A stretch of DNA of 44,622 bases from Hemiscyllium ocellatum (Eukaryota). The notes under the pieces are model-generated. The model searched no databases, had not been told where the DNA came from, and worked only from the letters and a program-made list of their open reading frames with translations. Numbering within the stretch: the stretch's first letter is position 1; every line of letters begins with the position of its first letter. The stretch spans positions 20,356,341 through 20,400,962 of the forward strand of contig NC_083409.1 in assembly GCF_020745735.1 (NCBI RefSeq), read 5' to 3'. A program made the position numbers and the translations under genes. Positions 11,572 to 23,764 of the stretch are shown in pieces.

Positions 11572-12515
11572 GAACATAGAACAGTACAGCATAGTGCGGG
11601 TCCTTTGCCTCTTAATGTTATGCTGCCCTTTTATCCAACTCTGGGATCAAACTAACCTGCATAATCATTCATTTTACAATCATCCATGTGCCTATCCAAG
11701 AGTCACTTAAGTGTCCCAAATGTATCTGCTGGCTGTACATTCCACGTACCCACCACTCTCTGTGTAAAGGACCTATTTCTGGCATCGCCCGTAAACCTTC
11801 CTCCAATCACTTAAAAATTATGCCCCCTTGTGATAGCCATTACCACCCTGGGAAAAAGTCTCTGGCTATCCACTCTGTCTATGCCTCTCATTTTATACAC
11901 CTCTATTGAGTCATTTTCCATCCTCATCCAAGTCATTTGTAAAAATCACAAAGAGCAGAGGTCCCAGAACAGATCCCTGTTTATCATCAATGGTCACCAA
12001 GCTCCAGGCTGGATACATTCAGAATACTGTCATCCTCTGTCTCCTATGGGCCAGCTAATTCTGTATCCGGACAGTCAAATCTCCCTGTAGCCCTGTCACC
12101 TTAATTTCTGCATGAGCCTACTATAGGGAACCTTTTCAAACATTTTGCTAAAATCCACATACACCACATCCACTGCTCCATCTTCAACAAAGTGTTTTGC
12201 CATATCCTCAAAGAATTTATCAGGCTTGAGAGGCATGACCTGCACCTCACAAAGCCATACTGATGATTCTAATCAAACTATGCTTTTCCAAATAATCATA
12301 AAATCTGTCTTTCAGAATCCTCTCCAATAATTTGCTCACCACCAACATAAGACTGACGGGTCTGTAATTCCCAGGGTTATCCCTATTCCCTTTCTTGATC
12401 AAGGGAATAACATTTGGCACTCTCCAATCATCTGATACTAATCTAGTGAACAGTGAGGACACAAGGATCATCGGTAAAGTTGCAGAACTATCTTTCCTTG
12501 CTTCCCCACAGTAAC
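11572..12515 (-). mobile_element. CR1 3' end and RT fragments, interrupted by the Penelope insertion
   Basis: The tail agaacatagaacagtacagc lies at 11572. ORF 12247-12621 reads DDWRVPNVIPLIKKGNRDNPGNYRPVSL. Confidence 0.85.
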
Positions 12516-15072
12516 TTAGCGAGACATTGAACAATTCTTCCGCCGCCTTCACCTCCGTGCCTACTCCTTCAACCAAGATTCTCGCCCACCCTCTGACGAC
12601 CCCTTCTCCTGCCTCCAACACACCCCATCCACCTGGATGTCCCGTGTTGGCCTCTTACCCGCCCCCCATCTCTTTCTAGCCAACTGCCGCCGCGGCATTA
12701 ACCACCTCAACCTGTCCACCCTCTCACCCACTCCAACCTCTCATCCTCAGAAGGTGCAGCCCTCCACTCCCACCCAAACCTCACCATCAAACTGGCAGAG
12801 AAGGGAGGCGCGGTAGTAGTTTGGCGCACCGACGTTTACACCGCTGAGGCTAAATGCCAGCTCGCTGACATCTCCTCCTACTGCCCCCTTGACCATGACC
12901 CTACCTCCCACCACCAAACCATCATCTCCCAGACCATCCATAACCTCATCACCTCAGGGGATCTCCCATCCACCGCCTCCAACCTCATAGTCCCACAACC
13001 CCGCACCGCCCGTTTCTACCTCCTACCCAAATTCCACAAACCTGACTGCCCCGGCCGACCCATTGTCTCAGCCTGCTCCTGCCCCACCGAACTCATCTCC
13101 ATATACCTCGACACGGTCCTGTCCCCCTTAGTCCCAGAACTCCCCACCTACGTTTGGGATACCGTCCATGCCCTCCACCTCCTCCATGTTTTTCGCTTCC
13201 CCAGTCCCCAACACCTTATCTTCACGATGGAATCCAGCCCCTGTACACCTCCATCCCCCATCACGAAGGACTCAAAACCCTCCGCTTCTTCCTTTCCTGC
13301 CGTAACAACCAGTACCCTTCCCCTGACACCCTCCTTCGACTGACTGAACTGGTCGTCACCATGAACAACTTCTCTTTCCAATCCTCCCACTTCCTCCAAA
13401 CCAAAGGCACCCGTATGGGTCCCAGCTATGCCTGCCTCTTTGTAGGATATGTGGAACAGTCCATCTTCCACAACTACACTGGCATCACCCCCACCTTTTC
13501 CTCCGCTACATCGATGACTGCATCGGCGCTGCCTCATGCTCCCACGAGGCGGTTGAACAGTTCATCCACTTTACCAACACCTTCCACCCCGACCTCAAAT
13601 TCACCTGGACCGTCTCAGACTCCTCCCTCCCCTTCCTAGACCTTTCCATTTCTATCTCGGACGACCGAAACAACACAGACATCTACTATAAACCAACTGA
13701 CTCCCACAGTTACCTAGACTACACCTCCTCCCACCCTGCCCCCTGTAAAAACGCAATCCCATATTCCCAATTCCTTCGCCTCCACCGCATCTGCTCCCAG
13801 GAGGACCAGTTCCAATACCGTACAGCCCAGATGGCCTCCTTCTTCAAGGACCGCAGATTCCCCCCAGACGTGATCGATGATGCCCTGCACCGCATCTCCT
13901 CCACTTCCTGCTCCTCTGCCCTTGAGCCCCGCCCCTCCAACCGCCACTAGGACAGAACCCCATTGGTTCTCACCTACCACCCCACCAACCTCCATATACA
14001 CCGTCATTTCCGCCACCTCCAAACGGACCCCACCACCAGGGATATATTTCCCTCCCCTCCCCATCAGCGTTCTGAAAAGACCACTCCCTCCATGACTCCC
14101 TCGTCAGGTCCACACCCCCCACCAACCCAACCTCCACTCCCAGCACCTTCCCCTGCAACCACAAGAAATGCAAAACTTGCGCCCACACCTCCTCCCTTAC
14201 TTCTCTCCTAGGCCCCAAGGGATCCTTCCATATCCGCCACAAATTCACCTGCACCTCCACACACATCATCTATTGCATCCGCTGCACCCAATGTGGCCTC
14301 CTCTATATTGGGGAGACAGGCCGTCTACTTGTGGAACGTTTCAGAGAACATCCCTGGGACACCTGGACCAACCAACCCAACGACCCCGTGGCTCAATACT
14401 TTAACTCCCCATCGCACTCCACCAAGGACATGCAGGTCCTTGGACTCCTCCATCACCAGAACATAACAACACGACAGTTGGAGGAAAAGCCTTATCTTCC
14501 ACCTAGGAACCCTCCAACCACAAGGAATGAACTCAGATTTCTCCAGTTTCCTCATTTCCCCTCCCCCCACCTTGTCTCAGTCAAATCCCTCGAACTCAGC
14601 ACCGCCTTCCTAACCTGCAATCTTCTTTCTGACCTCTCCGCCCCCACCCCACTCTGGCCTATCACCCTCACCTATCACATCTCCATTGCCCCTCCCCCAA
14701 TTCCCTCCTTTTATCTGAGCCTGCTGGACACACTTTCCTCATTCCTGAAGAAGGGCTTATGCTCGAAACGTTGAATCTCCTGTTCCTTGGATGCTGCCTG
14801 ACCTGCTGTGCTTTTCCAAAATCCACAAACCTAACTGCCCTGGCCGACCCATTGTCTCAGCCTGCTCCTGCCCCACCAAACTCATGTCCGCATACCTCGA
14901 CACGGTCCTGTCCCCCTTAGTCCCAGAACTCCCCACCTACGTTCGGGACACCACCCACGCCCTCCACCTCCTCCATGATTCCGAAACGTCGAATCTCCTG
15001 TTCCTTGGATGCTGCCTGACCTGCTGCGCTTTTCCAAAATCCACAAACCTGACTGCCCCGGCCGACCCATTT
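12516..15072 (+). mobile_element. Penelope-like retroelement (RT + GIY-YIG endonuclease + hammerhead terminus), 5'-truncated, with tandem 3' rearrangement
   Basis: RT segments include PKFHKPDCPGRPIVSACSCPT, MNNFSFQSSHFLQTKGTRMGPSYACLFVG and YIDD. The GIY-YIG segment reads IIYCIRCTQCGLLYIGETGRLLVERFREH (~14260-14350). The 3' terminus is at 14741-14815. Confidence 0.93.
14741..14776 (+). ncRNA. Minimal type I hammerhead ribozyme, CUGAAGA variant
   Basis: Structure: AUUC - CUGAAGA - A - GGGC/UUAU/GCUC - GAAA - CGU - U17 at 14772 - GAAU. Confidence 0.72.
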
Positions 15073-15900
15073 ATGGCAACACATTTAGAGCCCATCTGGC
15101 CCAGGGAACTTACCTATACTCACATTTTTCAAGATTTCAGCACATGTTCCTTCTTAACATCAACCTGTTCGAGCCTATCAGCCCATTTCATGCTGTCCTC
15201 ACAAACAACGAGGTCCCTCTCATTACTGGATATTGAGATAAAGTATTCATTAAGGACCTTCCCTACCTCCTCAGACTCGAGGTTCCTAATCAGCTCTACC
15301 CTCACTCTGGCCATCCTCTTTTTCCTTACGTAACTGTATAATACCTTGGGGTTTTCTTTAATTCCACCCTCCAAGGCTTTTTTATGCTCCCTTCTACCTC
15401 TCCTCTGTGCATTCTTCAGCTTCTTCCTGGCTATGTTGTAACCCTATAGAGCCCTGTCGATCCTTGTTTCCTCAAAACTAAGTAAGCTTCCTTCTTCCTC
15501 TTGACTAGATATTTCATATATCTTATCATCCAAGATTCATTAACCTGACCATTCCTTCCTTGCCTCAGTGGGACAAACCTACCCAGTACTCACAGAAAAT
15601 GCTCCCTAAACTACCTCCACATTTTGGTCATGCATTTCCCTGATAATATCTGTTCTCAATTTATGCTCCACAGTTCCTGCCTAATAGCAGTTATTTGTGA
15701 AAGGAGGAGTTGCAATGCTGCAATATTTTCCCATAATGTTTGCTCCAATCCGACGACTATAGTAAAGTTCAGGGAGTTGTGATCACTATCAACAAAATGC
15801 TCTCCCATTGGGAGATCTGACATCTAACCTGGCCCATTGTCAACGACCAAATTCAATATGGCATCCCCTCTAGTTGGCTTATCTACATGTTGAGCAGAAA
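15073..15900 (-). mobile_element. CR1 ORF2 fragment continuing the element at 11572-12515
   Basis: cccatctggcccagggaactta is the reverse complement of the KSPGPDG region. ORF 15129-15374 reads IKENPKVLYSYVRKKR. Confidence 0.8.
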
Positions 15901-16907
15901 CAGCATTCCCTGCTACGGAATTAGTCCTTCCCATCCTATTCCTACATTAAATCTGAGACTCTGGCCTCATGTCCTAGCCTCTCCTAGTAGAGGAAACATC
16001 TTCTGCACATCCTCTGTATCCAAGACTCTCAGTATTCATCCCATCTACCCCGTCATCCTCTAAAACTCTTTCATGGTTCAATATCCTTCTGTATTCCAAT
16101 GAACACAAGCACTACCTACTCAACCTCTCCTCATATTTACAATCCCTCCATCCCTGGTACCAGCCTAGACACTCCACTGAACTGCATCCAATTGAAAAGA
16201 TCTTTCCTTAGGTAAGGACCTCAACACTATTCAAGGCATTCCACCTGTGATCATATTAGACAGGTGAAAGTGGAGTGACTTCATTCTGGAGACAATACCA
16301 AAAGTTTAAAAGAAAATGGATGGAGGTGAATGGTTTCATTCTGAACAATGCACCAAGAGAGCAGACTAATTGCAAAAAGAGCGTGGATAGTGGCAGGTAG
16401 AACAATTTGAACAATTGTGCCCTAATCGAGCAACAAGATTAAAAACAATGTAAAAGACCACAAGACAATAAGAAATAGGAATAAGAGTAAAACCCATTCA
16501 GCCTCTCAAGCCAAGCCATCTGCACCATTCAGTAGGATCATGGATAATCCAATATTCTTCATGTCCACTTTCCTATCTTTTCCCTGTCACCCTTGACTCT
16601 TCTACTGAACAAAACTCTATCTATCTAAGCATGAAATATACACAAGGGCTCTCCCCTCAGCTCTATGTGGTAAGAATTTCCAAAGACTCACAACACTCTG
16701 AGAGAATAAATTCCTCCTTATCTCAGTCTTAAATTGGCAACCCTTTATTATGAGACTATGCTCTGCGATCAGAGAATTTCCTAGTGCCTCTAATGAAATA
16801 ATGTATGCCCTTAAATAAGGGGACCAAAACTGCTCCCAGTACTCCAGATGCGGGCCCATCAGCAACTTGTGCAGTTGAATGTAGACTTCACTCCTCTTAT
16901 ACACCAA
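15900..16907 (-). mobile_element. Two decayed CR1 3' fragments separated by ~200 bp of unique sequence
   Basis: ORF 16617-16907 reads PHLEYWEQFWSPYLR...FKTEIRRNLFSQSVVSLW. Confidence 0.7.
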
Positions 16908-17360
16908 ATTAAAAATCGCACCAGGTTATAGCCCAACAGGTTTAATTGGAAGCATTAGCTTTCAGAGGGCCACTCCTTCATCAGGTGGTTGTGGAGTACA
17001 CAATTGTAAGACACAGAATTTATAGCAAAAGTTTACAGTGTGATGTAACTGAAATTATACATTGAAAAATACCTTGATTTTTTGTTGAGTCTTTCTTCTG
17101 TTAGAATGACCATGATAGTTTCACTTCATTCATACGTAAATCACAAAATATTTTTTAAAAGTTACATTCTCAGGTTAACTGTAACAATTTGTGTCAGCCA
17201 GATAATATGTTGAAGGTGTTAGCCCCCTGTGTCCCTTGTCTGTGCCATAATGTTTAGAATGATTTTAATCTAAAAACTGAGTTAACAGAGTCTTACATGG
17301 ATTCATGCAGTTTTTGAGCAAAGTACAATGTAACTCTGCAAGTACAAATTCACCCCATTC
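16908..17360 (-). mobile_element. Penelope 3' terminal fragment (second family) with a degenerate hammerhead motif
   Basis: The minus strand reads ccac-ctgatga-a-ggag/tggcc/ctct-gaaa-gcta...ttccaattaaacctgttgggctataacctggtg, the typical shark Penelope terminus (from recall). Confidence 0.65.
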
Positions 17361-18454
17361 ACACAAATAAACTTTTCATGAGTAAAAACCTATCAGAAAA
17401 TAAAGATTCTTCAATACATTTAGATAATATTTGAATATTCAGTTTAGCAAAAACATGAAAGTCCAAACTTGAAACTTCATTCTTAAAAAAAATCTAAAAG
17501 TAACCACTTATCTGAAACACTTCGCTGGAACTTAATACCAAACAGAATGGCATTTTATGAAAAACGATACATTCAATGTGACAGACAAAGCAGAAACAAT
17601 GGTCTTTGTATGAGTGACATGAGAGTTTTGTTCTTTGTATATGAGGGAATTTCATGATCAACCTTGCAGCCTTTTCAGACCAAGTATTTATTTTGCAATT
17701 TTCAGATGAGAAAGCAAAGGTTTTGGAGTGATGTATGAAAGTTTTGTGATCAGACAGAGTACAGATTGAAAAGCAGTAACTTGCTTTTAGTTGAAGAGAA
17801 TCAGGAATTAGCTTTTTTCTTCTTAGGGTGAAAAACCCAGTGGATTGAAATGGTTCTTACTGCAATTGGTGGGAGTCCTGATTGAAGTTAGATGTTAAGA
17901 ACACAATTTAAGCTGAAGTAAGGAGATAGTTCAGAATATTGGGAAATAATTGGAAATTCCAGTCCTGAAGTGTTTGGTTAGGACACCAGATTGATTATTT
18001 GAAGTTAAAAACGTTTGAGCTTAGTTCCGTACCTAATGGAGGAAGAAGCTATCAAATTCTCAGGTCTAGAACTTAAAGCAACACTTAATTCAAACCTAAA
18101 GCTGTGATAGACATTGGAACTCTCTCTGGTATTTTAATATTGTTAACTGATGGTATTGAAATTAGATGGGATGGTATTTTATAGTGTGGTTTGGAATCTA
18201 TCAAATTGCATTCTGTGCAATTAATTGTTTAGGTTGACCTTATCTTAAAACCTTTTTCAAATAATCCTGCATTGAAAAACTGTATCTATTTGCAAATTGC
18301 TCCCCAGCAATATTCACGATAAACCTTCAGAAGGACCATTGAGATCAGCAAATAGAAAGCATTTGTGGCATCCAAGGAATCTTGATTGATGATGTTAGGT
18401 TGGTGCCTCCAATCCCAGCATGAGCAGTGGATACCTTTGTTGTCCATATTTCTG

Positions 18455-18650
18455 ACATAGAATCATGGAATCCCAACAGTGCTGAGCGAGGCTTATCAGC
18501 CAATTGAATTCTGCACTGACCTTCTAAAGGCACCCCACTCAGACCCCACACTATCCTGGTAACCCTGCATTTATTGTGACTAATCCATCAAGCCTGCACA
18601 TCCCTAGGCACTATGGAACAATTTAGCATAACCAATCCATCTAAACTGTC
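18455..18650 (-). mobile_element. Partial HE1-like SINE (3' portion)
   Basis: Similar to the SINE at 25202-25493 (cactatgg..caatttagcat..ccaat, cctgcacatc) and has a CR1-like tail. Confidence 0.6.
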
Positions 18651-18716
18651 ACTTGAAACTGAGGTTTCCATAAGAAGAAGGTGGGGTTGAAATTTAACAA
18701 GAAAACAGATTTTAGT

Positions 18717-19642
18717 TCAAAATGATTCTTCATATTGACATTTTTCAAGTAATCTCTTAATTATTCTCCATGGAGATTTCAAAAGAACCTTCAGTTCCTC
18801 TTTGAATTTGTTCTGAGTTGCTGCATAGATACATGGGTTGAGAAAGGAACTCAGCAGCTTCAGAAACTCTCCAGTTTCCATGGCAATATAATTTGGGTTC
18901 GTGAAGCCACCTTCATAATGATTGGGATTTGCAATTTTGGTAATCGCTAAAGTCACTGAATTGGTTAACCAAAGCAATATAAAACCAACTGATACAGAGA
19001 ACAGTAAAATGATAGATTTCCGTCGGCTCTCTGTCTCTGAATTGCTGTGATCCTCACTTTTGTGACCCTGGAGTCTGGCACGGGCTCGATTGGCCATTAC
19101 AATACGTTGAATAGTTAAAGAATTGAACATGGCAATCAAAGTAAAAGGAAGCCAGGCAAGCCAGGCGCTGTAGAACCAGAGGTATCCTGTACCTGCAGAA
19201 GATGAAAAGAAAGACACACTTGCTCGACAGCCCCACTGCACCTTGTTGATTATGTATTGAGGTTCATAAGCAAATAGAAGTGGAATATTCTTCAACACCA
19301 TCAGGAAAGAGAAGGTTGTTACAATGATAATTGCTGTTCTCTTCGTGCAATACTTTGTTTTAAACTTCTGGCAGCAGATCACAACATATCTGTCAAATGC
19401 GAAGGAGACATTGAACCAGACAGATAAAGATATACTGACACCATTGGAATATATAATGCCTGTGCACCAAGATGTTTGGGACAGGATTGAAAATGGAAAG
19501 TGATAATTGAAGATGTAATGCACTTTTACATAGAAGATAATAACAAGAAGGTCTGTTGTTGCCATGGCCATCATGTAGACAGAAATACACTTTGAAAGAC
19601 CACAGTTTCCTCGTGACAGAATCACAATAGTCATCAAGTTTG
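18717..19642 (-). CDS. GPR139-like class A GPCR, exon 2 (most of the 7TM domain)
   Basis: The acceptor ctgtctgtctctcttttacAG ends at 19643. The reading frame is open to TGA at 18717-18719. Motifs: NLMTIVILSRGNCGLSK (TM1), MATTDLL (TM2), WC..FDRY (TM3), WGC (ECL2), RRKSIILLFSVS (TM6), NPCIY (TM7). Confidence 0.93.
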
Positions 19643-20018
19643 CTGTAAAAGAGAGACAGACAGAGGTACATAATATTCAAGTATTGGGTTGCATTCAATA
19701 AATTTGCTGAGCGCATTTAAAACCATTATGTTGGGCTATCAAAACAGGAAAGTATTTAATGAGCAGCTCCAGAGCTCGCTCTGTACAGAATGAAGAGTCA
19801 AATAATCTACTGTACGAAACCAGCAAGGTACATTCTATCAAAAAAAAATCTTCAGAAGGTGAAAAATTAGTAAAATGGAATTTGAAAATTGATGGATTTG
19901 TTGTAGAGAATATCCATTGCAGATTGCTGGTATCAGAAAAACAAGTTACCTGATCTAAAATGGTATGAACAAGGAGACAGTCAACGTTGATCAACAACAA
20001 ACACTTTCAACGACTCAC

Positions 20019-20088
20019 CAGGAAGCGCAATTGCTGTGAGAATTGGATAGTAAATCTCTTTCACCAGCAGAATAGTTGGCTTCCCCAT
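20019..20088 (-). CDS. GPR139-like GPCR, exon 1 (MGKPTILLVKEIYYPILTAIALP + 1 nt)
   Basis: ATG at 20088 and a G|GTGAGT donor at 20018. The phase-1 join to exon 2 gives ...IALP-A-N-L-M..., 331 aa in total, with a 376-bp intron. The IYYPIL motif is typical of this shark family. Confidence 0.88.
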
Positions 20089-21789
20089 TTTCTGTGAGAA
20101 TGAGTCATTTGTGCTTGAGTTAGATAAATCTGATGGATGCACAACTGAGCCAATGAAAACAAATCTATATTTATGTAGGCATCCAACCTCCAGGGAGTCC
20201 AAAAAGATGAATCATCATTATAATTAGTTTCAGTCGTTTAACAAATATATGGAGGTAAACATTATTCATTACATCAGACTGAAACAAAATAACAAGCTGA
20301 CGTTATTTAGAAAATTGGCATCTGTAAAACAAAGTGAAATCTAGATGTATAGCAGCTACTCTGCAGAAGTGGTGTTGCTAGCTTTTCTCACACGTGTTGT
20401 CCTGCTGCATTTGGCCAACGTCGAGCTTTCCAGCAGTCTTTCAGATACTAATCCAGACTTGTAAATTTCCCCAGCTCACAAACCTCTGAGATATTTGCAT
20501 TCATCCAATCACACAAATCCCTGATTTGTGTTGATGCTTCATTTATGGAGGTCCTTTCTCTATTCTCCTAACATTTATCAGATCTCTCAATTTGCCCTGC
20601 CCTATTGTGTAAGTTACTCCACTACTGACTTCATACATTTTTCCTTTGGATGAAATTACTTTTTCTAATATCAGAGTCCCTTATCTCCCGAAGTCTGTAA
20701 GTTGGAATTGCCAAAGGTACTCATAATTTGTGAGATTTCTCACGTCCTTCTGCTAATTACCCAGACTGCATTTATAATTAATTCTGCTTAATGCAGCTGA
20801 ACAATCCTAATGCTTTGATAACATTGAGGGAACTCTCTATCTTATCACAATCTAATTTGTTTCAAAATTTTGCTCTTACAAATTCATTCTATAGTTTACA
20901 GAATTAACAGCCTTAAATTGTATTTCCTGTTATTGTGCAATGCTTTCCAGCTTGCTATACCTGTAAAAGCCACTGTGCAGAACACTGCTCGGAATTTCAC
21001 ACAGGACTTTGCATGCCAGGTGTTTCAGACTTGGACAGCGTGCCTTCCATCGTGCCACTCTAACAGTGGAACAGAATTATTAGAAGGCAGAACAAGCCCA
21101 CATTGGATGCATGTGCTGCCATTTGCCCAATGTCTTCGCATTGGAGTTTCAATGTTACAACATGGATTAGACTACTTGGTGAATGTGTAAGCTGTTGGGT
21201 GATTGTGTGTGCAAGTGATAATGATGGGAATGTGGAGAGGGTCTGTGAGGTGTGTGAGTTGAATTGGGAATCAAGGAAGTGGATGGAGTTCATCAAGCAG
21301 GTTGGTGGATGGTTGGTGTATCAGTAAGCTGGTTTGCTGTGCGGAAGACTTAAGGAGATAAGGTTGTAGGAAGAATCTGAACATTTAGCCTGATGAGCTA
21401 ACCATTTAGCATCTGAAGAATCTGATAAGGTTGAAGGAAGAATCTGAACATTTCACACCAAAGAGCTGAATATGGCAGATTCTGTAAAGATTATGTGAGC
21501 AGTGTAGGACATTAATAGAAGCAGAATCCTACACAATCACCACTTGTAAATCCATATCATGACATATTCCACATTCTAATATGAGCACCAAGTCAGCAGA
21601 TCAATGCTGAATCAATGCAGCATGCTGGATGGCAGAGCAGAAACAGCAGGAGGCTCACGTGTAAATGAGAGATTAACCCAACAATGATTCAACAGGGCAA
21701 AGTGCCTGCCCAGCAGTATATGTAGCTACATAGCAGCAAGAACTGCTCAAACCCACCGATAGAAGATTAGCTCTTCAACAGATTTCAAA

Positions 21790-22668
21790 TGGTTTGCAGA
21801 TGACACCAGAGTTGATAGTACAGTGGACAGTGAAGAAGGTTATCTCAGAGTACAATGGGACTTTGATCAGATTGGTCAAAAAATGGCAGATGAGTTTAAT
21901 TTAGATAAATGTGAGGTTTTGCATTTTGGAAAGGCAAATCAGACAGGGACTTACACACTTAATGGTAGGTCCTGGGTGGTGCTGCTGAACAAAGAGACCT
22001 TGGAGTGCAGGTTCATCATTCCTTGAAGTGGAATCACAGGTAGACAGGAAAGCAAAGAAGGCATTTAGCACACTTGCCTTCTTTTGTCATTGGATTCAGT
22101 TTCGGAGTTGGAATGCCATGTTGAGGTTGTATCGAAATTTGGTAAGACCACTTTTAGAAAACTGCGTTTAATTTTGGTCTCTCTGCTATAGGAAAGACTT
22201 TGTTCAACATAAAGAAAAGCGCAGAAAAGAGATAAAAGGATATTGCCAGCATTAGAGGTTGGAACTATAAGGAAAGGCTGAATAGGCTGAGTTTTATTTT
22301 CCTTGGAGCATCGGAGGCTGAGGGGTGACCAATCATGGGGGGCATGCTTAAGGTGAATAGATAAGGTTAGGGGAGTCCAAAACTAGAGAGCATATGTTTT
22401 AGGTTGAGGGGAAAGATTTCTAGTGGATATAAGGGGCAATATTTTCTTGCAGAGGGTGGTGCGTGTATGGAATAAGCTGCCAGAGGCAGGGGTGGAGGCT
22501 GGTACAATTACATTTAAACAGCATCTGAATAGGGATATGAATAGGAAGGGTTTAGAGGGATATGAGCCAAATACTGGCAAATGAGACTAGGCTAATCTCG
22601 GTTAACTTGTCGGCATGGACAAGTTGGACCAAAGGGTCTGCTTACATGCTATATACACCTATGATTCT
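21790..22668 (+). mobile_element. CR1 RT C-terminus and 3' UTR
   Basis: FADDT...DSEEGYLRVQWDFDQ...FNLDKCEVLHFGK, with a tail ctatgattct. Confidence 0.88.
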
Positions 22669-23764
22669 GCGCACACTCTGGCAGTAGGCAATTACACTGC
22701 TCCATAATTTTCCACACTTCTCAACAGCGAGGAGATCAGCACCCAGTGCAAAGGACACATTTTAAACATTCAGACTCATTTTCAGCCAGGTGGATGGTGC
22801 ATCGTGTCTTCTCCAATGGTCCTGGATATCAGAGATATCAGACTTTAGCCAATTCCATTCACTCTACATGGAGTCGAGGAAAGGTTAAGGTGTCCCATCC
22901 AAAAAGACCACAGTCCTGTCAACATGATGGAGATAATGCTTATGCGTTCTGCTCCAGAGCGAGTCATGCTACTGGCAAAGAAGATTATGAACAGTAAGTT
23001 TGATTCAATCTACCACAGGGAAGGTGTTGCCATTAAGGTAGTTTCTTAAAATCAAAGCATAGATTTCGGATGACTGGCTCAATGAAGTTACTGCTACATC
23101 ACCAGCACCCAATACACTTGCGAATGTCAAGTTATGTGGTGTTCAATGTTCCTTTCAATTACGATTGAGTCACTTCCACACCTTTCAATGTGGTCCTCCG
23201 AAGTACAATGAGATCACAGGTGTATGGCTGCTTCTTATATAAAGTCTGGAATTATTTCCAAGTTAATAATTAATCGCACACGGCAATCACTGAGTTATGT
23301 TCACATTAGTTAAATGGGCAGTTGATGAGCATACATCAATACAAGCTGTCATCAAGGAATAAACCTGTATTCCATTATCAACAGGGAAAATAACTTGTGC
23401 AACTAATCAACTGAGGAAGGTTGGAAGGAATCCTCTACTTCATTAAAAGTGATGATCATTCTCTGAGGACTGGGACGATAGCAACATGAACTGGTTGCAT
23501 GCTCTTCCAAAGCACTGACAATTTAAAAAATCCACCTTAGCACTGTCTCCCCCCTTCCCCCCGCCCCCCCCCCCCCACTGTCCAAACATCTTTGTGTTAT
23601 TTATGCACACTCCACTCTCCCCTTCTGCACTTGAAAGTGATGCGATGATTGTATCTGCTATTGTCCCATTAGGTAGAAGATTCCAGCTGACAACACCTCA
23701 CCATGTAAAGGGAAATCGCTGCCATCTCACGCCAAATCATTTTTAACAAATATCACTTTTTACA

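Noticed and set aside
16255-16290. Paired E-boxes (cacctg, caggtg) as an Ig intronic enhancer
   Set aside because: Six-mers 16 kb from the C exon with no supporting NF-kB or octamer cluster.
20493-20503. Octamer ATTTGCAT as an Ig V promoter
   Set aside because: It is a single 8-mer with no leader exon or V downstream, and its orientation is opposite to the C exon. Expected by chance in 44 kb.
22786-22999. Plus-strand 208-nt stretch bounded by ttttcAG and GTAAGT with one open frame
   Set aside because: Neither translation is recognisable, and no phase-compatible partner exon was found. Such site pairs arise by chance.
23549-23577. Poly-C tracts here and at ~27112-27140
   Set aside because: Simple homopolymers, prone to sequencing error, with no further structure.
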